A stretch of 64,000 bases of DNA from a virus. Its lineage: Duplodnaviria; Caudoviricetes. This document shows positions 23,977-32,906 of this stretch, piece after piece. Position 1 is the first letter of the stretch; each line of letters starts with the position of its first letter. The stretch covers positions 32,001 to 96,000 of the IMG/VR virus record IMGVR_UViG_3300028591_000010. One strand, written 5' to 3'. The position numbers and the translations under genes are program-made. The notes beneath the pieces were generated by a model. The model saw only the letters and a program-made list of their open reading frames with translations. It made no database searches and was not told the DNA's origin.

Positions 23977-24377
23977 GACGATTGTCCGTCACCATTACAC
24001 ACATGTCTATAACAATCCATCAGACGATTAACTACATCGTTATACTTTTCCGCACGTTGTGCTTCCTTAGCTATTTCAACACTCAAACCTTCTTCCAATG
24101 CTTTCGCATTTAATCCTGAAGAAAGGTCAACCAGGGCATCCCATACAGCGAGAGCCCAACTTTCAAATGTAAGTTCGCGCTTACATCCGATCAGCTGATT
24201 CCAGAACCAATGAGTTGTTTCACCAAGAATCACGGTTCCTTCTACATCGTCAATACGATACGTCTTGTATGATCTACCCTCTTTGCCAGCAGCTTTTACC
24301 TTATTGGCAATAGTTTCATTGTTCATCAGAATCTCCATATATTTTACGGAGTCTGGAACGAGGGCTGTTTTCGGCAT
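23787..24377 (-). CDS. Hypothetical protein
   Basis: 196-aa ORF. Confidence 0.8.
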   Translation of the reverse strand: MPKTALVPDSVKYMEILMNNETIANKVKAAGKEGRSYKTYRIDDVEGTVILGETTHWFWNQLIGCKRELTFESWALAVWDALVDLSSGLNAKALEEGLSVEIAKEAQRAEKYNDVVNRLMDCYRHVCNGDGQSSLAGDQRKSGSRVVVTETPANDTNIVVNVNTRTRTHTYRFPDATGRAFIDLEMGVVGAHISRD

Positions 24378-24379
24378 AA

Positions 24380-25033
24380 CTATTCAGTTACGTGAACATT
24401 TACAATTGCATCTGCGTTTACGTCAGACTTAATATCGAGATTATCGATCTTAGACTCTGACCACTGACGCTTGTACTCAGCAGCCTTACGGAGATTTTCC
24501 GTAATAGCAGTCTCTACAGACTGACGCTGACTCTGAAGAGTCTTAATCAGCGCATCGATCTCTGCCAGAGTACCCTTATTGGCCTCATTCAGGACAGATA
24601 CAGTTTCGTCAACTGCGACAAAGAAGTTCTTACCTGTGCCACGCAGAGCATCATTGATAGCATCGCGCATAGACTTCTCTACAACCAGAGGGTTAGTGCC
24701 ATTCAAGGGGCACTTGAAGTCACTTTCGCCATTATCCTTCAAGTTAACAGCAATACATACACGCTGGGAGTCGCCAAGACCTTCCGTCACATAGTTGACA
24801 CCTTTGATGTCAATCAGACGAATGGTGTAACGCTTTGGCGACTGGTTCACCATCAAAGTATTACTTGCAGTAGCAAGATTCTTAGCCTCTTCAAACTTGT
24901 CCTTACCACCAGGCCATGTGGGCTGACATTCTACTTTACCAAAAGTCTTACCGAGAAGACCACCGATGAAACTCGCCGACTGACGAGTGCTTGCAATCAC
25001 CTCATTGAGGTTAATTTCTACGTTTTTATCCAT
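24380..25033 (-). CDS. Hypothetical protein (C-terminal coiled coil)
   Basis: 217-aa ORF with strongly biased codons. Confidence 0.85.
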   Translation of the reverse strand: MDKNVEINLNEVIASTRQSASFIGGLLGKTFGKVECQPTWPGGKDKFEEAKNLATASNTLMVNQSPKRYTIRLIDIKGVNYVTEGLGDSQRVCIAVNLKDNGESDFKCPLNGTNPLVVEKSMRDAINDALRGTGKNFFVAVDETVSVLNEANKGTLAEIDALIKTLQSQRQSVETAITENLRKAAEYKRQWSESKIDNLDIKSDVNADAIVNVHVTE

Positions 25034-25049
25034 TTTTACTTATCCTTTT

Positions 25050-27170
25050 TGATACCGTGGTTGATCCACCAACGATAAGTTAGAATATTTCCTACTTCAG
25101 GGTGTAGGTTCACCGCTATAGAGAGATTTACGTCCGGCTCGGCGGCTCTATGTCTGGACGGTGTTCGTCATACTTATTTTTACTTCGGTAGCTGTGCTAA
25201 TGGGAAGCTTCGTTTGCTTACTAGATTGTTACACTTCTATATTCCTTAAAATGAAGCTCAACTCATGTAACGGGAGCGAAATGGTATCGCATGTATACCC
25301 ATAGACTAATAATATTCGAAGCTTTAAATGCCGAATGTGTAAATTCAATTTCTAAGTTTTCTTGAACAAGATATTTATTGTTTGTAAAATATTCACTAAA
25401 TACTTTCCCTTACGGTACTAAATCCAGAGTTTATACTTGTCCGTTGGCAAAATTTTGGCTAGGCCAACTAATGCTCATAGGACCCCACAAAAATTCGCGT
25501 AATTTCTTCGTTAGTATATTTCCCGTTGTCTATCGAATCATTACTGCGACGATTGTTGCTTAACCACAGATTTTCTCTGATGTTGCATGGTTTAAGGCCC
25601 ACACTACTATTTACCTATATTCCCTTTTAATCATGACGTGCGTGTGTCATTGCACGGGACGTGCTTCATTATCGAACGATCTAGGCTCCAGAACCAAATA
25701 ACCTTACGGCTTGTTTTCTTCTATTGGCATATTGCTTGCCTCATTGTTTATAGTGCACGAATACTGGAGGAATTCCACCTCATACGTCTAGATTTATCAC
25801 CCACCTAAAGATTCATTTTTATCGGTTTCCATTACTACTACTTACACACTAGGTATAAGGTTCATGCAGGTCGCTTTACCCCTCCTAGACAGGGAGGTGA
25901 TTACTAATTTCACGATAGGCTGCCTTGCATCTGGATTTCTCCTTTGTCACGTATATTGCTTCATGGTCCGAACGCACCATCTAGATTTGCTGTCTAGACT
26001 TCTGGTCTACCATCTTGCTACTTGCTTCTCAGGAACGGTTGGCACTCGAACTTCCCGACTTCAACTGCTTCTCATACAACGAGAGCTAAGGTCTTCTACA
26101 CCTTTTTCTATTATTACGTCTATCGGGGGACATCAATTTTTGTTAAACATGTTAATTAACTCTACGGCACGTTTTTCTACTCACATTTAGTTTCATCAGA
26201 ATCTACTACATCGATATGTTGTTCACGTATAGTATACAGTTTACTACTCTGCCGGGACTATATGATATAGTAACATAAGGAATCATCTGATTATATTCAT
26301 GCTTTTGAGGAAGCGGACTTAAGTCTGTACTGGTGTGTACAGGGTCGGATCAACTCCCTAGATAAGTAAATTTGGCTGTCACGTTGCCATCGTACCACAG
26401 GACATTTCCTTTTACTGTGGGTCCTTCTATAGAATCATACTCGCTTACCAGTACTATCTACCTTTGAAATAGCGTTTCTACGCGCGCTTCATCCGCGTAT
26501 TGTAGGCACCTGTCCTACAAGTTAAGTAGTGCATCTACCCGCTGTCCTTTTACTTTTATATACCGCATAAATGACGAAAGCCTGGCGGTCAACATTTTCC
26601 TCAGTACCCCATCCCCGGTGACCCATTGAAACCTTAGCTTCAAAGGTGGTCATTCTGTCTCGACACAGAAAGGATTTCTTCAAGGACCATATTTACGATA
26701 TGGCGCAGACAGTCAAACCTTCTGCTAGGCACATATGTTATTTCTTCATCCCTTTATACACGCTGTGGAGGCGTGAAACACTAGATTACAGCTAATTGAT
26801 ACATCATTACAAGTCATGGTCAAATGTAATGTTGCGACTCCTGTCTCGTTATACTACCCTTATGTATCCTCAGATAGCATGTCGAATACGGCATCATTCT
26901 GCGCTTCTTGCGACTTACTCGTTTTTATGGTAATCCCTCACCAAACGGTTCTCAGGGGCCAAAGGACTTGATACAAACGCTCTGTCCTCTTACTATGAAC
27001 TTTTCTGTTATGGAGTATGCATAACATCATAGCATTTCATCCTACCTTTTGGATATCTCACCTTTTGAGAAGGCTAACATATTCTCGGATCAAGTTATAC
27101 TCTTCGCACCTGGGCTAATGAGACCCATCTGAAATGTGCTAAGCAGGTGCCACTCTGGCTGGAGCCACAG
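25050..27170 (-). ncRNA. Candidate very large structured non-coding RNA region
   Basis: About 2.1 kb with no minus-strand ORF in the track, inside a dense minus-strand operon; many hairpins (25881-25897, 25963-25980, 25980-25998, 26472-26483, 26500-26520, 26653-26670, 26687-26703; CC-GTAA-GG twice). Confidence 0.55.
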
Positions 27171-27175
27171 TAATC

Positions 27176-27676
27176 CTACTGTGACTCCCCTGTGGAGTGA
27201 TTAACGTTTTTAGAGTATACAACTTCACCGTCGACAGTGAGCTGTATAGCAGATTCTTTAGAAGAACCTACATCACACTCTCCAGTTTTCTCCTCACGAA
27301 CTGGAGCTCCTTTGTTGCTAACAGTATCCACAGATGTCGGCTTTGGAGTAAGCATCATCCATGAATAGTCTGTCACTCTCGCGGGCGAGCTAACCCTTGA
27401 GAATTTTGTTTTAATAACTAGGATCTGCGGACGGTCCACATACGCAGTATCGTGTATGTACAGAGTATCTCTGCTGACCGTTGAATCCATTTGTACCGGC
27501 TGCTTCAGGGATGCCTGAAGGTCGTATGGCAACTTAGATATCTCCAGTGGAGATAACGTAGCTGCACTGAGAGTCTGATGCTTAGCAAAAGAACTCCCTG
27601 TACTATTTGACATTGCCAGGAATCCGCCAGCTAAGGCGAATGCAATGCAACAAATAATTGTTGTTACGTATTTCAT
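27176..27676 (-). CDS. Exported/membrane-anchored hypothetical protein
   Basis: N-terminal signal/TM segment; ends at TAG. Confidence 0.7.
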   Translation of the reverse strand: MKYVTTIICCIAFALAGGFLAMSNSTGSSFAKHQTLSAATLSPLEISKLPYDLQASLKQPVQMDSTVSRDTLYIHDTAYVDRPQILVIKTKFSRVSSPARVTDYSWMMLTPKPTSVDTVSNKGAPVREEKTGECDVGSSKESAIQLTVDGEVVYSKNVNHSTGESQ

Positions 27677-27716
27677 CTTTGATAGATTAATTTACCTAGT
27701 TGCCGTAGTATACAGA

Positions 27717-29105
27717 TTACTTCTGCTCTTCAGCAGGAGTCTCTGCCTGGGCAATTTCGGTGATGTTACTTTCTGAGTAAGCAATCGACTGAGAAAGAGG
27801 ATCACGGAACAGGTTAACGATGATGCCGGCACGCTGCTGTACGTTGTGCAACAGTGAATCCATATCAACCTTAGTCAGATCAGTACCCTTATAATAGGTG
27901 TTGATGATCTGGTCAACAATCAGGTGAGCACGCTTGTAGTCAGCGTCGGTGTCATCCTTCTTGTTGAAGTTGTCGATGAGGTTGTCAACGTCCTCGATAG
28001 AGGGGTTGTTCATACCAATAACAATGCCGTTCATCTCATTGATAGTGTTGTTACATTTCTCAATGTAATCCTTGTGGGTTTTGATGTCAGTCTTTGCAAT
28101 GTTCACCTCAGTTGCATCTTTGTTTTCCTTAACAATTTCCTCTTTCTTCTTGATGATGCGCTCATTCTCCTTAATTCCCTTCTCTGCCTTAGAGATTTCC
28201 TCTTTACAGGACCAAGTGATCATGATACGGACCAAGTCGGCAATGAAGTCGTTGGTGAGAGCACCTTTGGTGTCGATCTTATCCGCATTGCGGCGATACA
28301 TACAGAAAGGACCAATGATTGTACCAACGTTGACGAAGTTCTTGCGGAACAAGCCAGCGTTACCAACCAGACCAACGGGACACGGACCTACGACAGCAGC
28401 CATTTCAGAGAGAAGGTCAGAATAGCTCTTATTCTTCACCTCTTCAAGAGCAGCCTTCTTGTCTTCAGCCTTGTTTGCCTGAATAGTCAGATAACCACGA
28501 TAGAAATCGGTAGCACGACGCATGCGGGCAATAATGCCCTCATTACCTCTACTGATAAGCAGAGTCAACGATGCAGCGAGTTGCTCGGGACTAGTAACTT
28601 CTGCAGGGTTGGTCACACCTTCCAACTTCTCTTCGGCAGCAATCTTCTTCTTCATGTCATCACTTACCTTTACGGCAGTGGACGGAATCTGAACATCACC
28701 CTTCTCATTAGGAGCGGGCAAAGCCTTCACATCAATTGCTACGCCAGTGAACTCGCTGATGGCGTTTACAGCTTCTACCTGGTTCTTCAGCATCATTTGT
28801 GCAAATGGGCTCTTATTTTCATGAACCTCAATAGCCAATACTGTTGCAAAGCCAGTCAATGTGAATACATTGATACTGTGAATCGTGTCTTCAGACAGAT
28901 TATAATATGCAGCAGCGTTAGGATTGTCGTGGATCATACCTTTCAAGCCATTCAACGCCGTTACAGTCGCATCGGGGCTTAATCCACTCTTTATCCCATT
29001 TACCACTGTCTTAACAGCTGGATTTTCTACTTTTGGAGTCTGCTGTGCTGCAGCCTCTTCTGCAGCCTGCTGTGCAGGACTCTTCTTGTTATTCTTGTTT
29101 GCCAT
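27717..29105 (-). CDS. Hypothetical protein, probably highly expressed
   Basis: 462-aa ORF with strongly biased codons. Confidence 0.9.
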   Translation of the reverse strand: MANKNNKKSPAQQAAEEAAAQQTPKVENPAVKTVVNGIKSGLSPDATVTALNGLKGMIHDNPNAAAYYNLSEDTIHSINVFTLTGFATVLAIEVHENKSPFAQMMLKNQVEAVNAISEFTGVAIDVKALPAPNEKGDVQIPSTAVKVSDDMKKKIAAEEKLEGVTNPAEVTSPEQLAASLTLLISRGNEGIIARMRRATDFYRGYLTIQANKAEDKKAALEEVKNKSYSDLLSEMAAVVGPCPVGLVGNAGLFRKNFVNVGTIIGPFCMYRRNADKIDTKGALTNDFIADLVRIMITWSCKEEISKAEKGIKENERIIKKKEEIVKENKDATEVNIAKTDIKTHKDYIEKCNNTINEMNGIVIGMNNPSIEDVDNLIDNFNKKDDTDADYKRAHLIVDQIINTYYKGTDLTKVDMDSLLHNVQQRAGIIVNLFRDPLSQSIAYSESNITEIAQAETPAEEQK

Positions 29106-29188
29106 TTTGATAACGGTTTTAAAGATTAAATACTTGTAGCTGGTTAGACTACTTAACTATAACCAATTGCCGAAAGTAGACGTTTCTT

Positions 29189-29593
29189 TCAAGAATCATC
29201 TATAATTGCAACCGAGTTTGGTGGATTCGGCAAGATATGGATGTATCCCTGAGTCACCTCAGAGACATTACTCAAGGTAAAATTACGCTCATAAGCAGGT
29301 ACTATTGCCTGACTCACAGGTTCTGAAGTTACCTTCTTAGGTGCTGGTAGACCATCATCTGCTAAAAGGTATACTAATGAACCTGATGAAGCCGCCAGCC
29401 CCTGTGTGGGCTGTACCTGCATGAACGTCGTCTTACCTTCATCTTTAGCGAAGCTATCATGGATAAGCTTAACGCCTGCAAAGCCCAACACATAACATGT
29501 GAGCAATGCCCAGAACAGCTTATTACTTTCATTGTATCGAGCAATGAGAGTAATTAATACTATTCCGAGAATGAAAGTGAACAATGTCAACAT
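29189..29593 (-). CDS. Membrane protein (2 TM)
   Basis: Two N-terminal hydrophobic helices; directly downstream of the sigma gene. Confidence 0.75.
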   Translation of the reverse strand: MLTLFTFILGIVLITLIARYNESNKLFWALLTCYVLGFAGVKLIHDSFAKDEGKTTFMQVQPTQGLAASSGSLVYLLADDGLPAPKKVTSEPVSQAIVPAYERNFTLSNVSEVTQGYIHILPNPPNSVAIIDDS

Positions 29594-29596
29594 AAC

Positions 29597-30166
29597 TTAA
29601 ACGTTAATTTTGGTTTTTAATTTGCGTCTAGTTCTCGACAACGTTGACTTTATAGTTCCTGTTGGGATTTTTAACGCTTTACTAATCTTTTTAACTGGTA
29701 AATTATCGACATAAAACAACTCAAAGATCTTACGAGTGACCTCTGGTAGTTTTTCGAATTCAGCGACAACTTGTTTATACGTCAAATGATTGACTAGATC
29801 ATCCTCCGCTGATACTTGAACATTTTTAAGTGACAGTCTATCACCTTCATCTTCAAGTACAAGTCGCTTATTACGCGTCTCACGTAAATAATCTACAGCT
29901 GTATGATTAGCTATAATTCTCAGCCAACCTCCAAAGGAGTTGTAAGCTGTGAATGTCGAGAGTTTATCATACACTTTAAGAAATACAATATTAGCGATAT
30001 CTTTCGCTTCATCCATATCTCTAAGATATTGGAATAACACACTTTCAACAAACGGTTTGTATCTTCTATAGAGTGTATTAAAAGCAAGCTCATCGCCTGC
30101 TTGCGCCTTTTTGATTAGACCAATTTCAACATCGGTGATTCTAGGATTCTTCATAATCAAAAACAA
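29597..30166 (-). CDS. ECF-type sigma-70 factor
   Basis: AQAGDELAFNTLYRRY, AKDIANIVFLKVY, FGGWLRIIANHTAVDYLR (region 2); LPEVTRKIFEL..ISKALKIPTGTIKSTLSRTR (region 4). Start may be at MKNPR. Confidence 0.92.
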   Translation of the reverse strand: MFLIMKNPRITDVEIGLIKKAQAGDELAFNTLYRRYKPFVESVLFQYLRDMDEAKDIANIVFLKVYDKLSTFTAYNSFGGWLRIIANHTAVDYLRETRNKRLVLEDEGDRLSLKNVQVSAEDDLVNHLTYKQVVAEFEKLPEVTRKIFELFYVDNLPVKKISKALKIPTGTIKSTLSRTRRKLKTKINV

Positions 30167-30218
30167 TTAGCCGGTTATTAAGGTGTCACTCCTGTAACAG
30201 ACGGTGCTGCATATAGTG

Positions 30219-30335
30219 TAAGAAGTATGAGCAGGGTTCAATTGGACTTATCTTTAGGATTAGAGTACCTTCACTAGTTGCCAACCATCGCTCTGTACTC
30301 CCAGATCGACTGCTACGAATCTTTCATACTTCTTA
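30219..30335 (-). promoter_or_regulatory. Structured RNA in the sigma-factor leader
   Basis: Perfect 12-bp stem TAAGAAGTATGA/TCATACTTCTTA enclosing further helices. Confidence 0.45.
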
Positions 30336-30377
30336 ATTGTGGGCAGTTGCTATCAAAAGCTACCTCAAGGGACTGCC

Positions 30378-30800
30378 CTAGAACGGGAGATCTTCAGTAT
30401 TTATCTCTGACATCTCCTGCCTTATGTTAGAAGTTAAGTTATGATGTATCTTTTTCGCGATGTCATCTGGTACATACCAATCGTCTACTAGCTTATTTAA
30501 TGTACTTGTAAATATACGAATTCGTACATCTATAGCACGATAATCCGTTATTCCAATAGCTAATACAATACGATCGTTAACCCACTTTAAGAGATTTCTT
30601 AAATGTGAGTTTGTACAAATGGCATATATAACATCTTCATCTAACTTCTCGTCTCCAGAAACAAATATTCGTGGACATTCTAATGCGCAATTGCGCCTTG
30701 ATTGTATGATACGCAACTGGGCGTACTGTTCACTAACTTTTGTTTCATCAGTAATTGTGACTCCTAAGAGTCTTAAATAGTAGGAAAATATACTAAACAT
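30378..30800 (-). CDS. Hypothetical protein with SSB-like EDLPF tail
   Basis: 140-aa ORF; TAG stop right after DLPF. Confidence 0.75.
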   Translation of the reverse strand: MFSIFSYYLRLLGVTITDETKVSEQYAQLRIIQSRRNCALECPRIFVSGDEKLDEDVIYAICTNSHLRNLLKWVNDRIVLAIGITDYRAIDVRIRIFTSTLNKLVDDWYVPDDIAKKIHHNLTSNIRQEMSEINTEDLPF

Positions 30801-30806
30801 ATTCCT

Positions 30807-31304
30807 TTAATACTTACCTTCTATACAACATATCAAGAATTCTGCTAAGTTATCAACATACTGATACTTTGCTTCTTTCTCCTCCTGCGTACAATTGGGA
30901 GAAGGTAATAGCCAAGAAAGATAATCTCGAATGATTTCAATCTGTATATCAAAATCATCTTTACCTTTCTGTTTAGAGATACTGTATGCATGTTCAATGC
31001 ACTGAAATTCTTTCATGAACCATTTAACCCATTTAGAGATACGTTCCCAATATTCTTTTTCTTCATTGGTTAAATCGTCCCAATTAATAGTTTTATCAAA
31101 CTCAAATTGATATTTACCATGTTCAGCAATGCCCAATGCTATACGAGTAGCATTATTACGCTGATCTTTATCACGATATATACCAATAAAATTTGAATAA
31201 ACATGATCTATCCACTTTTCTTTAGCTTTACGCCATTTAAGTGCATAGTTTACCATCTTGGGACAACGGTCCCGTAACATTTCTTTGTATCCTAATTTCT
31301 TCAT
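30807..31304 (-). CDS. Hypothetical protein
   Basis: 165-aa ORF starting just after tRNA-Arg. Confidence 0.8.
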   Translation of the reverse strand: MKKLGYKEMLRDRCPKMVNYALKWRKAKEKWIDHVYSNFIGIYRDKDQRNNATRIALGIAEHGKYQFEFDKTINWDDLTNEEKEYWERISKWVKWFMKEFQCIEHAYSISKQKGKDDFDIQIEIIRDYLSWLLPSPNCTQEEKEAKYQYVDNLAEFLICCIEGKY

Positions 31305-31308
31305 ATTG

Positions 31309-31382
31309 TGATTCCTAATGGATTCGAACCATTGACCGACAGATTAGAAATCTGTTGCTCTATCCAGCTGAGCTAAGGAACC
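31309..31382 (-). tRNA. tRNA-Arg(UCU)
   Basis: GGTTCCT/AGGAATC acceptor, GCTCAGCTGGATAGAGC D arm, ACAGA-TTTCTAA-TCTGT anticodon arm, AATGG-TTCGAAT-CCATT T arm. Confidence 0.93.
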
Positions 31383-31456
31383 GTTACGTCAGCGGCTACT
31401 ATTATTCACCGCTGACTACTATTACAAATCGTTCATTAGACATTGCCTCACGGCAG

Positions 31457-31503
31457 GAGTGAGGTAGGGATTCGAACCCCATACTCCAACATAGTCCTCA
31501 CTC
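31457..31503 (-). ncRNA. tRNA minihelix at the 3' end of the tmRNA coding piece
   Basis: GAGTGAGG/CCTCACTC stem plus TGGGG-TTCGAAT-CCCTA; 14-nt linker, no anticodon arm. Confidence 0.65.
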
Positions 31504-31725
31504 TGTCTGGGCACTTAGGTAGCCCGTAACACCGACTTTACGCTGCCTCCTTGAGGCCCGTATAGTCTGCAATGTTAATATTGCCAGTTAATTTTATATC
31601 AGAGCGCTTCACGACTTACCGTCTACCGCTGTCAAATCCAAATAGGCCCAGATACTCATGTTAGACTGGTGGACCTAGAGGGATTCGAACCCTCGTCCAA
31701 ACGGCTTATTCTCAGTCACGCTAAG
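31504..31725 (-). ncRNA. ssrA: Circularly permuted (two-piece) tmRNA; tag (A)GNINIADYTGLKEAA
   Basis: Acceptor piece GGACGAGGGTTCGAATCCCTCTAGGTCCACCA ends at 31667; 17-nt spacer; coding piece starts GGGCCTATTTGGATTTGAC at 31649. G3:U70 and A73. Tag ORF 31585-31538 follows TAACT. Outer boundaries approximate. Confidence 0.88.
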
Positions 31726-31926
31726 ATTCTTTTGATGTGATGTTGTCAAATCATGCTACATCTCTTGTGAACTCTATGATGATCAGTCACAGAATTCGAT
31801 TTAAGGCCATTTTCAGCCGTTCTAAGGCGTTTTCTAACCTCTAATGGGTAGCTAATCCATAAGCGGTTATTAAACGCTTCAAAACGGCTTTTTGGGACCC
31901 CATAAAAAGCACATTGCCCTACTACT

Positions 31927-32211
31927 GACTCTAAGGTTCTGAATAGAATATGCTTGCATTCTTGATATACAATGCAGTGTCAATATGTTGATACAATCTC
32001 GTACTGTAGCACCGGCTCTCAGGCTCGTACATTGTAATTTTTGATCAAATGCCCACATATTATTACACCGTGTGGACAGTGGCAGTTCTCCGCACGTGGC
32101 TCTCAGGCTCTTGTGACAGATGTTAATTCACCCGTATCTAATACCCAATTCTATAGGCGATGCCATCATCTTTTGAGATTTACATAGATTTAGACGTGGC
32201 TCAAAGGCTCT
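31927..32211 (-). repeat. Non-coding cluster of four AGARCY-N-RAGYC motifs
   Basis: Copies at 31927-31940, 32014-32027, 32098-32111 and 32198-32211, spaced 84-100 nt. Confidence 0.7.
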
Positions 32212-32238
32212 TGTCTTGGAGAACTTAGAGTAGTATGA

Positions 32239-32745
32239 TTAATACCAATAGCATTCTACGTAGTGGCGATATTCGCCCTCATACGAGTTACGCAGCTCGC
32301 GCATAGCGTCTTCATACTGCTTGTCAGACTCAGAGACCTTCTTTCTGAAGTCCTCTTCCATCTTCTTAGTCTCGGCTTCGTGCTCAGTAGGAGTGAGCAC
32401 CAGTTTTGCGTCGATCTTTTTCTTGGTCGGGATCAACTCACCGTCCTTGATTTCACACTCGACGCCGAGCACACGCTCCACCAGCTTCTTGGTAGCATCG
32501 AGCTTCTCCTTCGTGATATCGTCCTCACGACGGCGCTGCTGGAGCTGGAGCAAAGTCTTGCGGTTGACATAAGTAGCGATACAAATCTGCTTCTTAGCAG
32601 CGCGCTTCTTTTTGTCATCCTTTTCTTTTTCAATCTCTGCCAGGGCATTTTCGATAGCCGTGTCAGTTACTTGGTTACCAGTGCGAATAGCACCTTCTAC
32701 TCCCTGTGTGGCCTCCTGGGCCTCTTTCTTTGTTTTTTCTGCCAT
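32239..32745 (-). CDS. Charged coiled-coil hypothetical protein
   Basis: 168-aa ORF with biased codons and a TATCAAAAATG start context. Confidence 0.85.
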   Translation of the reverse strand: MAEKTKKEAQEATQGVEGAIRTGNQVTDTAIENALAEIEKEKDDKKKRAAKKQICIATYVNRKTLLQLQQRRREDDITKEKLDATKKLVERVLGVECEIKDGELIPTKKKIDAKLVLTPTEHEAETKKMEEDFRKKVSESDKQYEDAMRELRNSYEGEYRHYVECYWY

Positions 32746-32779
32746 TTTTGATAAATGTTTAATTGTTTAACTTAAAGTT

Positions 32780-32905
32780 TTATTGTTTATACTCTTCAGT
32801 ATAGTTACCTTTATGCTTTGACCTACGAGAGTAGGGTATTGCATTTGCGTGATGTCCAGTGGTTCCAGGTCTGGCTTGCCATCTGGGTCTGAATTCTCCA
32901 TGCAT
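32780..32905 (-). CDS. Small basic hypothetical protein (41 aa)
   Basis: ATG 1 nt after the upstream stop: MHGEFRPRWQ... Confidence 0.5.
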   Translation of the reverse strand: MHGEFRPRWQARPGTTGHHANAIPYSRRSKHKGNYTEEYKQ

Positions 32906-32906
32906 A

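Noticed and set aside
25864-26190. 108-aa + strand ORF in the long non-coding region
   Set aside because: Opposite to operon direction, atypical composition and no recognisable motif.
26185-26205. CTGATGA core suggesting a hammerhead ribozyme
   Set aside because: No stem II and GAAA arrangement could be built by eye.
27924-28982. 352-aa + strand ORF (and similar ORFs at 32263, 38630, 24579)
   Set aside because: Antisense shadows of codon-biased minus-strand genes.
31309-31382. Possible second amber suppressor (loop contains CTA)
   Set aside because: The 7-nt loop TTTCTAA centres on TCT and the D loop has the Arg-type A20.
31927-32211. Mini CRISPR array
   Set aside because: Repeats are only about 14 nt and degenerate, spacers are too long, and no cas genes are present.
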